A stretch of 55,352 nucleotides of DNA from a virus (taxonomy: Duplodnaviria; Caudoviricetes): the IMG/VR virus record IMGVR_UViG_3300015360_002570, positions 1-55,352 of that record, one strand, 5' to 3'. Of this stretch, positions 1 through 8,938 are shown piece after piece. Below the pieces are notes generated by a model. The model searched no databases and was not told the DNA's origin. It saw nothing but the letters and a program-made list of their open reading frames with translations. Each line of letters starts with the position of its first letter. Positions within the stretch are counted from its first letter, which is position 1. A program made the translations under genes and the position numbers.

Positions 1-1157
1 AAGGAGACCCCGCCTTGGGCGGCGATGAAGGCGACGTGGGGGCCAGTCGTGATGATTGAGCGGTGGGCGAAATGATGGCCGAACATGATCTGGCCGGTGG
101 GGAGAACGGTGGAAACGGCACTACTACGAATGGGTTGGAGGTGAAGCGTGTTGTTTTGACGGGGGCCGGTTGGGTAGGTGCGGGTTGCGCGGGCCATGCC
201 GCTAGCGATGCCAGCAGGTACGGGGACGACGGTGGCTTCGCCTTCGTCGGGGATAACCCTAGTGTTTGGGACTGCGTTGGTGAGAGCGCCGGGGCGGAAG
301 GTGCCGCCAAGGGGAGAGGCGTTCGCGTACCAGATGTCGTGGAGCCATGCGTCATGGCCTTGGACGTAGAGAGGGGTGCCGCTGTTGTTGGAGGAGATCG
401 AGATTCCGGCCTGGCAGTTGCCTTGGGTGGATGCGGTGGTGTTGCGGATGGCAGTGCCGGTGGTGCCTGCGACGGTTATGGCGACGGCGACAGTAAAGGT
501 TGTAGAAGAAGGAACGGTGACGACGGTTTGAGCGCCGTTGAGGGTGTCGGTGCTGTTTGTACCGGCGAGCAGGAGGACGTTGCCGACCTCGAAGCCGTGG
601 GCTACGGAGGTTGTGACGAGAGCGGTGGAGGCGCCACCGTCGGCGATAGAAGTGATGGTGCGAGAGGTGTTCTCGGTTTGAGTGTCGTTGGTCCAGCATA
701 GGGCACGCCACTGTGTGTTGAAGAGGGAGGTGTCGAACTGCCCGAACTCGTACATATTTGTGACGGCGGCTGGGTAGGTGAGACGAAATTGGGCGCGGGT
801 TGAGGATTGTACCTTGCCGGAGAGGCCGGTGGCGGAGAAGGGGCGAAGGATGCCGGGGTTGCCTGTGGAGGTGCTGATGCGACCGCAGCCGAGAGGGAAG
901 TTGATGCCCATTACGGGGGCGATGGAGCCGCTGTCAATGTGTTCGCCCGTGGTCGCGTCTGTTTCACATAAAGAACTTGGACCCATGCCCCACTCGGAGA
1001 AGCCGCTGTCCATTGCACAGCGGGCCATAGCGCGGGCGAAGCCGGAGAGGGAGCGGTTGGTGTTGGAGTTGCCAATGCCAGTGATGAGGACTCGCTGGGC
1101 CTTCATAAGGCCCACGAAGGCGGCGGCAGCGGTTGGGTTTACGATAGAGCTTGGCAA
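1..1157 (-). CDS. SGNH/GDSL-like protein with inserted beta-rich (FCCH-like) domain, 5' part, runs off the window edge
   Basis: Not in the ORF track because it has no stop before base 1. Manual translation from TTG at 1157 (GGAG SD upstream) is open to base 1: block I-like RVLITGIGNSNT, TTSVAHGFEVGNVLLLAGTNSTDTLNG, block II-like AQGGVS. Confidence 0.65.
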   Translation of the reverse strand, partial: MPSSIVNPTAAAAFVGLMKAQRVLITGIGNSNTNRSLSGFARAMARCAMDSGFSEWGMGPSSLCETDATTGEHIDSGSIAPVMGINFPLGCGRISTSTGNPGILRPFSATGLSGKVQSSTRAQFRLTYPAAVTNMYEFGQFDTSLFNTQWRALCWTNDTQTENTSRTITSIADGGASTALVTTSVAHGFEVGNVLLLAGTNSTDTLNGAQTVVTVPSSTTFTVAVAITVAGTTGTAIRNTTASTQGNCQAGISISSNNSGTPLYVQGHDAWLHDIWYANASPLGGTFRPGALTNAVPNTRVIPDEGEATVVPVPAGIASGMARATRTYPTGPRQNNTLHLQPIRSSAVSTVLPTGQIMFGHHFAHRSIITTGPHVAFIAAQGGVS

Positions 1158-1699
1158 GAGGGAACTCCAGGGGGGGGAAGGCTGGAGTGTAGGGTGGCGG
1201 TGATGAGGAAGGAGGCGGCCCAGGAGGCGGCGGTTTGGCGGTCGCGAAGGCTGTGGGCACGGAAGGTGAGGAGGGGGATGCGGCGCGAGATGACGAGGGC
1301 CAGGAGCATGTCGCGGACGGCGGCGGGCGGGTGGGCGGGTCGGTTGTCGCCGGGGGGTCGGCGGATGGCCGCGAAGCAGGAGTCTTCGAGGAGGAGAAGG
1401 GGGGCGGAGAAGGTGGAGAGGCGGTCGAGTTCCGCGAGGAAGTTGAAGCGGCCCGTGGGTGTGCAGAGGTTGCCCATGAGTTCGGTGAGATGGGCCTTGC
1501 GCTCGATACAGCCGAAGGTCTCGAAGCCTTCGAGGACGTAGTCGCCGGTCAGGAGGTGGGACTTCTTGACGGTGAGCTTTAGGGACTGGAGGCGGGGGGA
1601 GTCCGCGGACGCGCTGGGCACGAAGTAGGGAAGGTAGTCCGGGAAGGGAAGCGGGCGCTTCTCCCGCAGGTCCTGAAGGATGGTGTACTCACGAAGCAA
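1139..1699 (-). CDS. ERCC4-domain (XPF/Mus81-like) endonuclease, possible resolvase
   Basis: ILQDLREKRP ... LLTGDY ... CIERK ... ELDRL ... LLLED matches the ERCC4 DxRE/GDY/ERK pattern; likely TTG start at 1699. Confidence 0.85.
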   Translation of the reverse strand: MLREYTILQDLREKRPLPFPDYLPYFVPSASADSPRLQSLKLTVKKSHLLTGDYVLEGFETFGCIERKAHLTELMGNLCTPTGRFNFLAELDRLSTFSAPLLLLEDSCFAAIRRPPGDNRPAHPPAAVRDMLLALVISRRIPLLTFRAHSLRDRQTAASWAASFLITATLHSSLPPPGVPSCQALS

Positions 1700-2020
1700 G
1701 AGGGGTCCTGGGACGGCAGAGGTGAAAGGTGACGGGGCCGTAGCGGGCCGTGCCGTCAAGGAAGGAGAGAGCGGCTTCGAGCGGAGTCATCGAATAGAGC
1801 GGGACGGAGGGGTCGGTGCCGGAGCGGACGAGGACCCCCCTCTCCCAGTCTTTGGTGAGAAACGAGGAATAGGCGCAGGAGGGGGGACAGAAATCGTTGG
1901 GGTAGGGTTCGGCGCGGAGCTGCGTGGGAGACGTTTCGAGGACGCGGAAGAATCCGGGGAGGGAGCGGCCCACGATATGGCAGTCCTTGAAGGAGCGGAC
2001 TTCACCGGGGAAGATGGGGG
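1689..2020 (-). CDS. Hypothetical protein (start not resolved)
   Basis: Only the 3' third of ORF 1689..2456 (IFPGEVRSFKDCHIVG...) looks like real protein; upstream is Ser/Pro off-frame sequence. Confidence 0.45.
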
Positions 2021-2325
2021 TTGGGGGTGACGACGGGAGGGGGGGTGATTTCGTGGTTGCAGGCGGTGCAGAAGAGGGGGCAGGAGGCGATCCAGAGGTC
2101 GCGCTGGGACTGGAGTTTGGCGAGGATTTGGTCCTGGGTTTTCGGGTTGCCAAAGGCGTCTCGATTCTGGGGATGGAGGGTCTGGGAGAAGAGACGGCAC
2201 CGGGTGGTTCGACGTTTGCAAAGGGTGCAACGGCCCTTTCGGCGGCCACGAACAACGATCTCGGGGATGACGGGGTGGGGGTGGTGCATAGGTGGATGGG
2301 AACAAAAACCCCAGCCCTCTGACAA
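2002..2325 (-). CDS. Small CxxC...CxxC zinc-binding hypothetical protein
   Basis: CTLC and CTAC pairs; lies in the minus-strand operon. Confidence 0.55.
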   Translation of the reverse strand: MSEGWGFCSHPPMHHPHPVIPEIVVRGRRKGRCTLCKRRTTRCRLFSQTLHPQNRDAFGNPKTQDQILAKLQSQRDLWIASCPLFCTACNHEITPPPVVTPNPHLPR

Positions 2326-2346
2326 GGAGGGACGGGGCGTGAAGGG

Positions 2347-2670
2347 TCAGGGGGTGGATGTCTTGATGCGCTGGATGAGGCGGCGGATGTTGACGGGGGA
2401 CTGGCCGTAGAGCCGGGCCACGTTCTCGATTCGGAGGCCGCAAATGACGAGGGCACGGATGATCTGGCCTTCGAGTTTGGAGTTAGGCAGAATGGAGGGG
2501 TTGGTGGGAAGCTTGTACTTGGCGACCAGCTCGTAGAGGTAGCGGTTGGAGACGTTGTGTTTGCGGGCGGCCTCCGCGATGGAGAGTCCGTTGGCGCTGA
2601 TGTCGATGCGGAGGGCGCGGGTGCGGGCGGCGCCGCAAAGGGTCTTGGTCTTGGTCTTGGGGGAGGGCAT
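2347..2670 (-). CDS. Helix-turn-helix DNA-binding protein
   Basis: LSIAEAARKHNVSNRYLYELV and a second HTH-like IENVARLYGQSPVNIRRLI; AAGGA SD. Confidence 0.7.
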   Translation of the reverse strand: MPSPKTKTKTLCGAARTRALRIDISANGLSIAEAARKHNVSNRYLYELVAKYKLPTNPSILPNSKLEGQIIRALVICGLRIENVARLYGQSPVNIRRLIQRIKTSTP

Positions 2671-2723
2671 GGGGTTCCTTAGAGAGGGTCAGAAAGGAAC
2701 GATAGGTGTGTCCCCCTCTCCCG

Positions 2724-2906
2724 TCAAATGGAGGTTGGGTCGAAGAGCCCGTGGAGGACGGACCAGCGGATCAGTTCGGCGAGGATGGCGGGATTGAGGT
2801 ATACGACGGGCTCGGAGGTGTGGGAGCCCAGACGCAGTTCGATGGTGCCGTAGCCGGGAGAGGTGGCATAGACGCCGTCGCCCAGGTACGTGGGGGGTGT
2901 GGTCAT
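2724..2906 (-). CDS. Small phage protein (YLGDGVYA type), paralog of 48182..48370
   Basis: MTTPPTYLGDGVYATSPGYGTIELRLGS..EPVVYLNP; ATG overlaps the polA stop (ATGA). Confidence 0.7.
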   Translation of the reverse strand: MTTPPTYLGDGVYATSPGYGTIELRLGSHTSEPVVYLNPAILAELIRWSVLHGLFDPTSI

Positions 2907-5194
2907 GGGAAGGGTCCGAGGGTCTTGAAGTCGAGGACGAGGGGGACGAAGTGGCCGTAGTGGGCGGAGAGGAGGTGCCAGTAGCCAATGTCCTGGACGT
3001 AGGTGACGGCGTCGCGGAGGAGGCGGGAGGCCAGGAGGGCGTAGGCGGGGGAGCGGCAGTCGATGCGGAGGGCGTCGTAAACGTCGAGGACGGGGAGGAT
3101 GGAGGACTGGACGCGGGGAGAGCGGAGCAGGAGGGTGTGCATGAAGCGGGCGTGGATAGAGATGAGAGTGTTGCCCGCGATGGTCTGGATGGGGAAGTTG
3201 CAGATTTCGTTGATGTCGTAGAGGGTGCCGCCGAACTGACGGGACTGGCCGGTAATGGGAAGGACGAGGGAGCCGGTCGAGTGGGCGGTAGCGATGAGGG
3301 ATTCCTGCCACTGCCAGAGGAGGGGCGTGTCGGTGGACATGTTGCGCGTGAACTTCTGGAAGACAGGGAGGGGGATCAGCTCGCCGATGTCTTCATAGAC
3401 GGAAGACTGAATCTTGTCGGGTCCGGCGCGGTATCCGCGGGCGAAGTTGCCACGCTTGCCGACTTGGCGCTCGCGGGCGTCGAAGGCAGGACAGGTTCGT
3501 TTCCAACGGGAGAGGGGGACACCGGATAGAGAGGGGTATCGCGCAAGGAGGGTGGGGAGGTCCCAGAAGAGGAGGGCGGTGGCGGTGTGCATGTCGTCGC
3601 CGCGGATAAAGGCGTTGACGTAGGAGGGCTCACCGCTTGTGATGGCGGGGACTCGGAGTTCGATCTGGGAGGCGTCGGCGGAGAGGATGCAGCCCGAGTG
3701 CCAGCGGGAGCGGACGCAGGCTTGGATGGGCGGGGGGTCGGTCTGGTGGGCACCGTCCTTGGGAGTGCGGCGGCCCTGCTTCGTACCGCCCTCGCCTCCC
3801 TGACCATCCTTGAAAGCGGATGGCGTGATGAACCAGGAGGTGTGGGAGAGCCAGACATCATGGTTTGTCCTCGTAGTCAGATTTGAGGACCTCGGTGCGA
3901 ATGTATTGGAAGATGAAAAGGAGGAGCCCGGAGGAGAGGAAGAGCCACCAGCCGCGGAAGAGGGGGTTGGTGGCGTCAAAGAAGTTTCGGAGGGCGATGA
4001 GAGTGCAGATGATGATGAAGGATTCGAGGATGCGCAGTCCGAAGGAACGTAGGAGAGAAGGCATGGGGGAGGCTCCGGGAGGGGGGGAAAGGGCAGGCCG
4101 GACTGGGGAGTGAGGATGGACTTGCGGGAGCGGACGCCGGAGGAAAGGCGGCGGGAGCCCCAGAGGAGGGGGAAGCAGTAGGTGCCCAGGAGTTTGTCGG
4201 CGCGAGAGAAGGAGTCCCAGTGGCGGGCCACACGGGAGAGGGGGGAGGTGGAGGGGAGGTAGGTGGAGATGAAGGTGCGGTTGGCCTCGGTCACTTGGAG
4301 GCGGTTCTTGATGGCGGAGTAGCCGACGAGGGGGTGAGAGCGGAGGTCGATGGAGGAGGCGTCCAGCATGGACTCCATGAAGGCGAGCTTGGAGGACTCG
4401 GAGCCAACGCCGGAGAGTTGGAGGCCCGCGGCGAGACAGCGGGCGGAGTGATAGGAGGCCGCCCGGTGCAGGCGGGACGCAAAGGAGAGGAGAGAGGGAC
4501 GGTGGAAGGGGACGCCGTTCTCGGACATCTGGACGCAGGACCAGAGATTGTCGGAAAAGAGCTGGAGGGTGAAGGCGCCCAGGTGGGGAGAGAGGAGGGG
4601 GTTGCCGAGAATGCGGCGCGCCATTGTGGAGGTGAGGATCAGGGAGCCGTGGGTGTCCTGGGCGCAGTAGGAGAGGACGGCGGCGGGGTCCTTGAATCGG
4701 TGGCCGGAGGCCGAGGTCTCGGAGTAGGCGGCGATCCCCAGGGCCAGGAGAATGGATTTGAGGGATTTCTCGGGGCGGGAGGGGTTCTCCAGGAAGCAGA
4801 GGTGGGAGGCATCGACGAGGAACTGGCGGGCGGGAGAGAGGGCGGAGCGGAAGAGGGGGGAAGCTGCGCGGAGGAAGGTGAGGTCGAACTGAAGGTTGAA
4901 GCCGGTAAGGGTGCGCAGGTGGCGAAGCCAGAAGAGCAGGTGGCGCTGGTCGGAGGCAGAGGACCAGTCGAAGACCAGGGTGGGTCCGGGCACCATCGAG
5001 GCAAGGTCAGACAGGGACGGGAGAGGGGGCAGGGGGGAGGCGGGGAGGGTGAGAGAGACGCAGTTGATGAGGGAGGAGAAGGGGGGCCGGTCCACGAAGA
5101 GACAGCGGCGGGGCGAGAAACAGGTCTGGGGCACGCTGCCTTCGAGGATGCCGTACGTCTCGATGTCGAGGGATGCGAAGGTCGGATCAGGCAT
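2903..5194 (-). CDS. polA: DNA polymerase family A with 3'-5' exonuclease domain
   Basis: ExoI SLDIET, ExoII GFNLQFD, ExoIII YCAQD; motif A SADASQIELR, motif B RQVGKRGNFARGY, CNFPIQ, motif C VYDAL. Confidence 0.95.
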   Translation of the reverse strand: MPDPTFASLDIETYGILEGSVPQTCFSPRRCLFVDRPPFSSLINCVSLTLPASPLPPLPSLSDLASMVPGPTLVFDWSSASDQRHLLFWLRHLRTLTGFNLQFDLTFLRAASPLFRSALSPARQFLVDASHLCFLENPSRPEKSLKSILLALGIAAYSETSASGHRFKDPAAVLSYCAQDTHGSLILTSTMARRILGNPLLSPHLGAFTLQLFSDNLWSCVQMSENGVPFHRPSLLSFASRLHRAASYHSARCLAAGLQLSGVGSESSKLAFMESMLDASSIDLRSHPLVGYSAIKNRLQVTEANRTFISTYLPSTSPLSRVARHWDSFSRADKLLGTYCFPLLWGSRRLSSGVRSRKSILTPQSGLPFPPLPEPPPCLLSYVPSDCASSNPSSSSALSSPSETSLTPPTPSSAAGGSSSPPGSSFSSSNTFAPRSSNLTTRTNHDVWLSHTSWFITPSAFKDGQGGEGGTKQGRRTPKDGAHQTDPPPIQACVRSRWHSGCILSADASQIELRVPAITSGEPSYVNAFIRGDDMHTATALLFWDLPTLLARYPSLSGVPLSRWKRTCPAFDARERQVGKRGNFARGYRAGPDKIQSSVYEDIGELIPLPVFQKFTRNMSTDTPLLWQWQESLIATAHSTGSLVLPITGQSRQFGGTLYDINEICNFPIQTIAGNTLISIHARFMHTLLLRSPRVQSSILPVLDVYDALRIDCRSPAYALLASRLLRDAVTYVQDIGYWHLLSAHYGHFVPLVLDFKTLGPFP
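3858..4064 (-). CDS. 68-aa two-TM membrane protein nested out of frame within polA
   Basis: GGAG SD 7 nt before ATG; two hydrophobic segments and a charged tail; C-ending codons in this frame while the PolA frame is Ser-rich low complexity over the same span. Confidence 0.65.
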   Translation of the reverse strand: MPSLLRSFGLRILESFIIICTLIALRNFFDATNPLFRGWWLFLSSGLLLFIFQYIRTEVLKSDYEDKP

Positions 5195-5241
5195 GGGTGG
5201 AGTCCCCCCCTCTCCCGTCAGGGGGTTTGGTGGGAGAGTGG

Positions 5242-5565
5242 TTAGGGGAGGGTGTAGGGGAAGAGGGCCTGGGCTTCGCCGCGGACGATGGGGCGGACGG
5301 GAGCGAACTCGCGGAAGGGTGGGGCGCAGGTGCCCAGGAAGAAGGAGGCGGAGGGGCCGGTGCCGTACTGGTGGAGTTGGTGGCGACCGATGCAGTGGAA
5401 GAGGAGGAGGGTGGAGGGGGGCCTGGGGAGAAAGACTTGGGAGAAGAGGACGGGAGGGGGGGGAGGAGGCATAAAAGACCGCACGGACGGGTAGCCCGTG
5501 CGGCCCGAAAGGCTCGCCATCCGACTGCGGTTGGGTGGCGGGGCATGGTTAGGAGGCTCACTCAT
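5242..5565 (-). CDS. Hypothetical protein (true start possibly 5472)
   Basis: Fills the gap in the minus-strand operon; C-terminal half has normal codon usage. Confidence 0.4.
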   Translation of the reverse strand: MSEPPNHAPPPNRSRMASLSGRTGYPSVRSFMPPPPPPVLFSQVFLPRPPSTLLLFHCIGRHQLHQYGTGPSASFFLGTCAPPFREFAPVRPIVRGEAQALFPYTLP

Positions 5566-5590
5566 GCCTGGAGCAGAGAAGGGGGGAGAA

Positions 5591-6340
5591 TCAGTCGGGC
5601 GAGGGAGTGTCGGAGGCGACGGTGCCCTTGATGGCGCTCAGGATACGCCCACCCGCTTCGGTGGAGGAGAGGAGGGCGGTGGCGAGAGAAGCCCGGACCT
5701 GGCGACCCAGGGCGGGCAGGTTGGCAAGGGCGCGGCGACGAGTTTTGATGTCGTTCTCGACGGAGGCGATGGAGGACGCGATGTGGTCACGTTTCTTGAG
5801 AAGGTCGGTGATGGAGGGGGGGAGGGGCTGGTTGACGGACTTCTCGTGGGAGCCGACGCCGTTGATGCGGGCCACGGGATGGACAGAGGCGGTGACACGG
5901 ATGGTGCCGTCGGATTCGCACAGGACGTTTTCGGCGGTGACGGGGAACTTGACGCCGTAGAAGTCGAAGAGGGAGGCGGCGAGGGAGTTGCTGATGGAGG
6001 AGAGTTCGGGGGGGAAGGGGAAGGCGGTTACGGCCTCGGTGATGGAGACGTGGACCTCGTTCGAGGAGGTGCCGAGGGCGGCGCGGGAGGTTTGGAGGGC
6101 ACGGATTTCCGAGTTGAGGCGGGCCTCTTCGGAAGCCGTCTTGATGGCGATCAGGTCCTCATTCGTGACTTTGATATCCATGCCCGCGTCCTGCATGGTC
6201 TGGGCCAGCTCGTTGCGGAGGGGGGCGGGCGCCGGGAGGTTAGCGAGAGGGGTGGGCTGGGGGGATACCTGCAAGTAGAGAGACGTCGGAGAAGGCGTCG
6301 GGGAGGTGGTGGGAGAGGGGGTACTGGGTGCTGAGGTCAT
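5591..6340 (-). CDS. Hypothetical coiled-coil protein
   Basis: 249 aa, AAGGA SD, helical heptad-like segments. Confidence 0.75.
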   Translation of the reverse strand: MTSAPSTPSPTTSPTPSPTSLYLQVSPQPTPLANLPAPAPLRNELAQTMQDAGMDIKVTNEDLIAIKTASEEARLNSEIRALQTSRAALGTSSNEVHVSITEAVTAFPFPPELSSISNSLAASLFDFYGVKFPVTAENVLCESDGTIRVTASVHPVARINGVGSHEKSVNQPLPPSITDLLKKRDHIASSIASVENDIKTRRRALANLPALGRQVRASLATALLSSTEAGGRILSAIKGTVASDTPSPD

Positions 6341-7430
6341 GGATTTCCTTAGGAGAGGGGCGAAGTGCCCGGATGAAACGAGAAACGGAGAAACACAATG
6401 AGAGACAGTTGGGACGGAAGGTGCTGGTTTCGTAGGCGGCGACGGGGAAGACGGCTTCTCCCATGATATACCTTATTGTAGGAAGGTAACGGGAGAAGGC
6501 AAAGAGGGAGGTGAGGATTTCGAGGCGGTGTTTGGGGGCGAGGCGTTCGGGGCGGGGGTCGGAGGGGCGGGGGGTGGAGGTGAGGTATTGGAGGAAGGGG
6601 CGGCAGGCGAGGAGGTCGGAGAGAGCTTCGGCGGCGTTGGAAAGGGAGTAGTTGAAGGTGGAGAAGGGGAAGTTCTGGGTGGAGAGCCAGCGGGGTTCGG
6701 GGAGAAGGAGGGAGGTGATGGAGACTTCGGAGATGGCGGAGTGGGTGCGGGGGGGTTGGGTGTGGTTGGCGAGGAGGAAGAGGCGGGTGCGGCGGAAGGA
6801 GGCGACGGCGTTGGTGACGGATTGCTGGAGAACGGGAGAGGGGGGAATGGAGAAGCTGAGGGGGCGGGGCCTGCGGGCGAGGGCGCGGGTGTGCCGGAGG
6901 GCGTGGCGACCGAGGGGGTCGAGGGAGGCAATGGGGAAGGGGCCGGGGTAGAGAGGCTTGACCTGGAGGTACACGTCGGAGGGAAAGGAGGGATGGGGGT
7001 TGTAGGGGCGGAAGCCGGACTTGTTGAAGCTGCCTTGGATGAAGGGGCAGGCGAGGTTGCCGAAGCGGCGGCACAGGTCGGAGAGGTCAATGGGGTCAGA
7101 GCCGACGAAGAGAGGGCTGTGGTAGACGAGGACGCCGTCACTCCAGGAGCCGCCCGAGACGGAGGTGACGGGGATTTTCTCGTTGGTGCCCGCGGGAAGG
7201 CGGACGACCAGGAGGTGGGAGAGGAGGTAGTGGGGAGAGGGGTGGCGCTCGGCGAGGAGGGCGAGGCAGGCGGAGCAGGAGTCGGCGATGATGGCGTCGT
7301 CCGGGGGATCGGTGAGGAGTTGGGGAGTTTCGGAAAGCCACCGCCAGATCGAGTGGGTGGATTCGGAGCGGACGGGTACGAGGAAGAGGAGAGGGAGATC
7401 GTCCTCGAAAACGGGAGAGGGGGGAGGCAT
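6240..7430 (-). CDS. Hypothetical protein
   Basis: Long frame with the arm's C-ending codon bias; likely ATG at 7430; no recognisable motif. Confidence 0.65.
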   Translation of the reverse strand: MPPPSPVFEDDLPLLFLVPVRSESTHSIWRWLSETPQLLTDPPDDAIIADSCSACLALLAERHPSPHYLLSHLLVVRLPAGTNEKIPVTSVSGGSWSDGVLVYHSPLFVGSDPIDLSDLCRRFGNLACPFIQGSFNKSGFRPYNPHPSFPSDVYLQVKPLYPGPFPIASLDPLGRHALRHTRALARRPRPLSFSIPPSPVLQQSVTNAVASFRRTRLFLLANHTQPPRTHSAISEVSITSLLLPEPRWLSTQNFPFSTFNYSLSNAAEALSDLLACRPFLQYLTSTPRPSDPRPERLAPKHRLEILTSLFAFSRYLPTIRYIMGEAVFPVAAYETSTFRPNCLSLCFSVSRFIRALRPSPKEIHDLSTQYPLSHHLPDAFSDVSLLAGIPPAHPSR

Positions 7431-7494
7431 GGATCGGTCTCTCGGGGTGAGGAGGTCGTTGCGGATTTGGCGACAGACAGCCTTGTCGAAGGGC

Positions 7495-7746
7495 TCATTG
7501 GTCGGGGATGAGGGTGGCGCGGCAGCAGGCGGTGATGAGGTCGGTGGCGGGGATGGTGAGTTCGAGGTCGGCGCCGGAGATGAGGCTCTTGAGAAGGGCC
7601 GCGGAGATTTCAAGCCGGATCATGGTGGGGTCGGCGGTGGAGCGGACCCACAGCCAGGAGTAATCGGCGGCGGAGAGGACGGGCTTGGAGGCGGAGATGG
7701 CGTCGGAGGCGCAAATGCGGAGGGCGGTGACTGTGTGGTCAATCAT
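7495..7746 (-). CDS. Hypothetical protein
   Basis: GGAG SD; ATG overlaps the UDG stop; MIDHTVTALRIC... Confidence 0.6.
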   Translation of the reverse strand: MIDHTVTALRICASDAISASKPVLSAADYSWLWVRSTADPTMIRLEISAALLKSLISGADLELTIPATDLITACCRATLIPDQ

Positions 7747-8438
7747 GGGTTGGGGCTCCGGGGGGGGATGATGGAGGGGCGGGAGGGGACGGGGGTATGG
7801 CCGCGGAGAGCGGAGGCCAGAAGGGAGAGGTGGTCGGACATCGAGTGGATGTGGCGATTCTCGCGGGCCAGGAAAGCGGGGTGGTAGGTGGAGTAGACGC
7901 GGGCGCAAACAGAGTTGGAGAAGGTGAGGAGGGTGCCCTGGGTCGCCAGGCACTTGGTGAGGGAGGGAGAGCCGAGGCCCGCGAGAGCGTAGACGTGGGA
8001 AGCGGCTTCGGCGCCAAGGGTAAGAATGAAGATCGGAGAAGACCCCCTCTCCCGTAGGTTCAAGAGGTCGGAGAGGAGGTGGGGGCGGCAGGCCACGAAG
8101 GAGCGGCGCGGGGGGGCGTCGCCGTCGCGGTGGTAGCAGCGGCAGATGTTGGTGAGGTAAATGGAGGAGAGGATGTGGAGGCGGGCGCCGGGGATGAGGG
8201 CGTGGAAGAGGACGGAGGAGGTGGGGCCGGTGAAGGGGATGCCGGAGGCGTCCTCGGAGTAGCCGGGGTTGCGCCCGACGATGAGAAGGCTTGGAAGGCC
8301 CGGAAGGGGCGATGTCAGGCTGTATGTGGGGGCGCAGACGGTGCGCGCGACGGTGTGCAGGGGGCAGAGGGTGCAGACACCCACGGAGGGATGCGGAAGA
8401 GGGCAGGAGAGGGGAGAAGGGAAGAGGGGGAGCTGCAT
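7743..8438 (-). CDS. udg: Uracil-DNA glycosylase, family 4-like (4Fe-4S type)
   Basis: CTLCPL, LLIVGRNPGYSED..GIPFTG, IYLTNICRC, ACRPHL, ILTLG, STYHPAFLAR; TGATG coupling to the upstream gene. Confidence 0.9.
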   Translation of the reverse strand: MQLPLFPSPLSCPLPHPSVGVCTLCPLHTVARTVCAPTYSLTSPLPGLPSLLIVGRNPGYSEDASGIPFTGPTSSVLFHALIPGARLHILSSIYLTNICRCYHRDGDAPPRRSFVACRPHLLSDLLNLRERGSSPIFILTLGAEAASHVYALAGLGSPSLTKCLATQGTLLTFSNSVCARVYSTYHPAFLARENRHIHSMSDHLSLLASALRGHTPVPSRPSIIPPRSPNP

Positions 8439-8938
8439 CAGTTGCCCTTGTTGAGTTCGTCGATACGGGTCGCTCCCTTCGTACAATCCAACGTCTCCCA
8501 GTCGGGGCCGGTCGTGTCGATCCTGGGGAGTTTCTCCTTCGCTGCGAGGGCGGCGGTGAGGTCCGCGGCGATGTTCACTGCGTTGTATTCGGCGATGATG
8601 GCTGCGAGTTTGGCTCCGATTTCCGCGGAGGTGCCCGTAACGATGATCTCGGTGATTTTGGCTCCGATCTCCGCGGCGATGCTCGATGTGATCGCTGCGA
8701 GGGCGGCGGTGATCGCGGCGGATTCGTTCGCCCGGACCATCGGCTCAAAGTCGGGACACGGACTCCACCACTCGCACTCATTTGGGAGGCAACATATTCC
8801 GTCCGCGCCGATGTCGTTTGGCGTGCCGATGTAGGGCGGTTCGTGGGAATCGCACACGCCGGAATCCCACCAGCAGACCACGCCGTAGTCTTCGTGGTAC
8901 TCGGAACGGGGGCGGAGCTTTGTTTCGGTGGGGTTCAT
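8438..8938 (-). CDS. Hypothetical protein with Ala/Ile-rich internal repeat
   Basis: GGAG SD; EDYGVVCWW..EPPYIGTP N-terminus; AEIGAKI/AEIGAKL repeat. Confidence 0.7.
   Translation of the reverse strand: MNPTETKLRPRSEYHEDYGVVCWWDSGVCDSHEPPYIGTPNDIGADGICCLPNECEWWSPCPDFEPMVRANESAAITAALAAITSSIAAEIGAKITEIIVTGTSAEIGAKLAAIIAEYNAVNIAADLTAALAAKEKLPRIDTTGPDWETLDCTKGATRIDELNKGN

Noticed and set aside
3858-4100. Intein or self-splicing intron in polA
   Set aside because: No C-terminal HN-C/S/T junction, too short, and no group I/II features seen; a nested ORF explains the segment better.
7743-8438. UdgX-type suicide glycosylase
   Set aside because: The KRRIH loop is absent.
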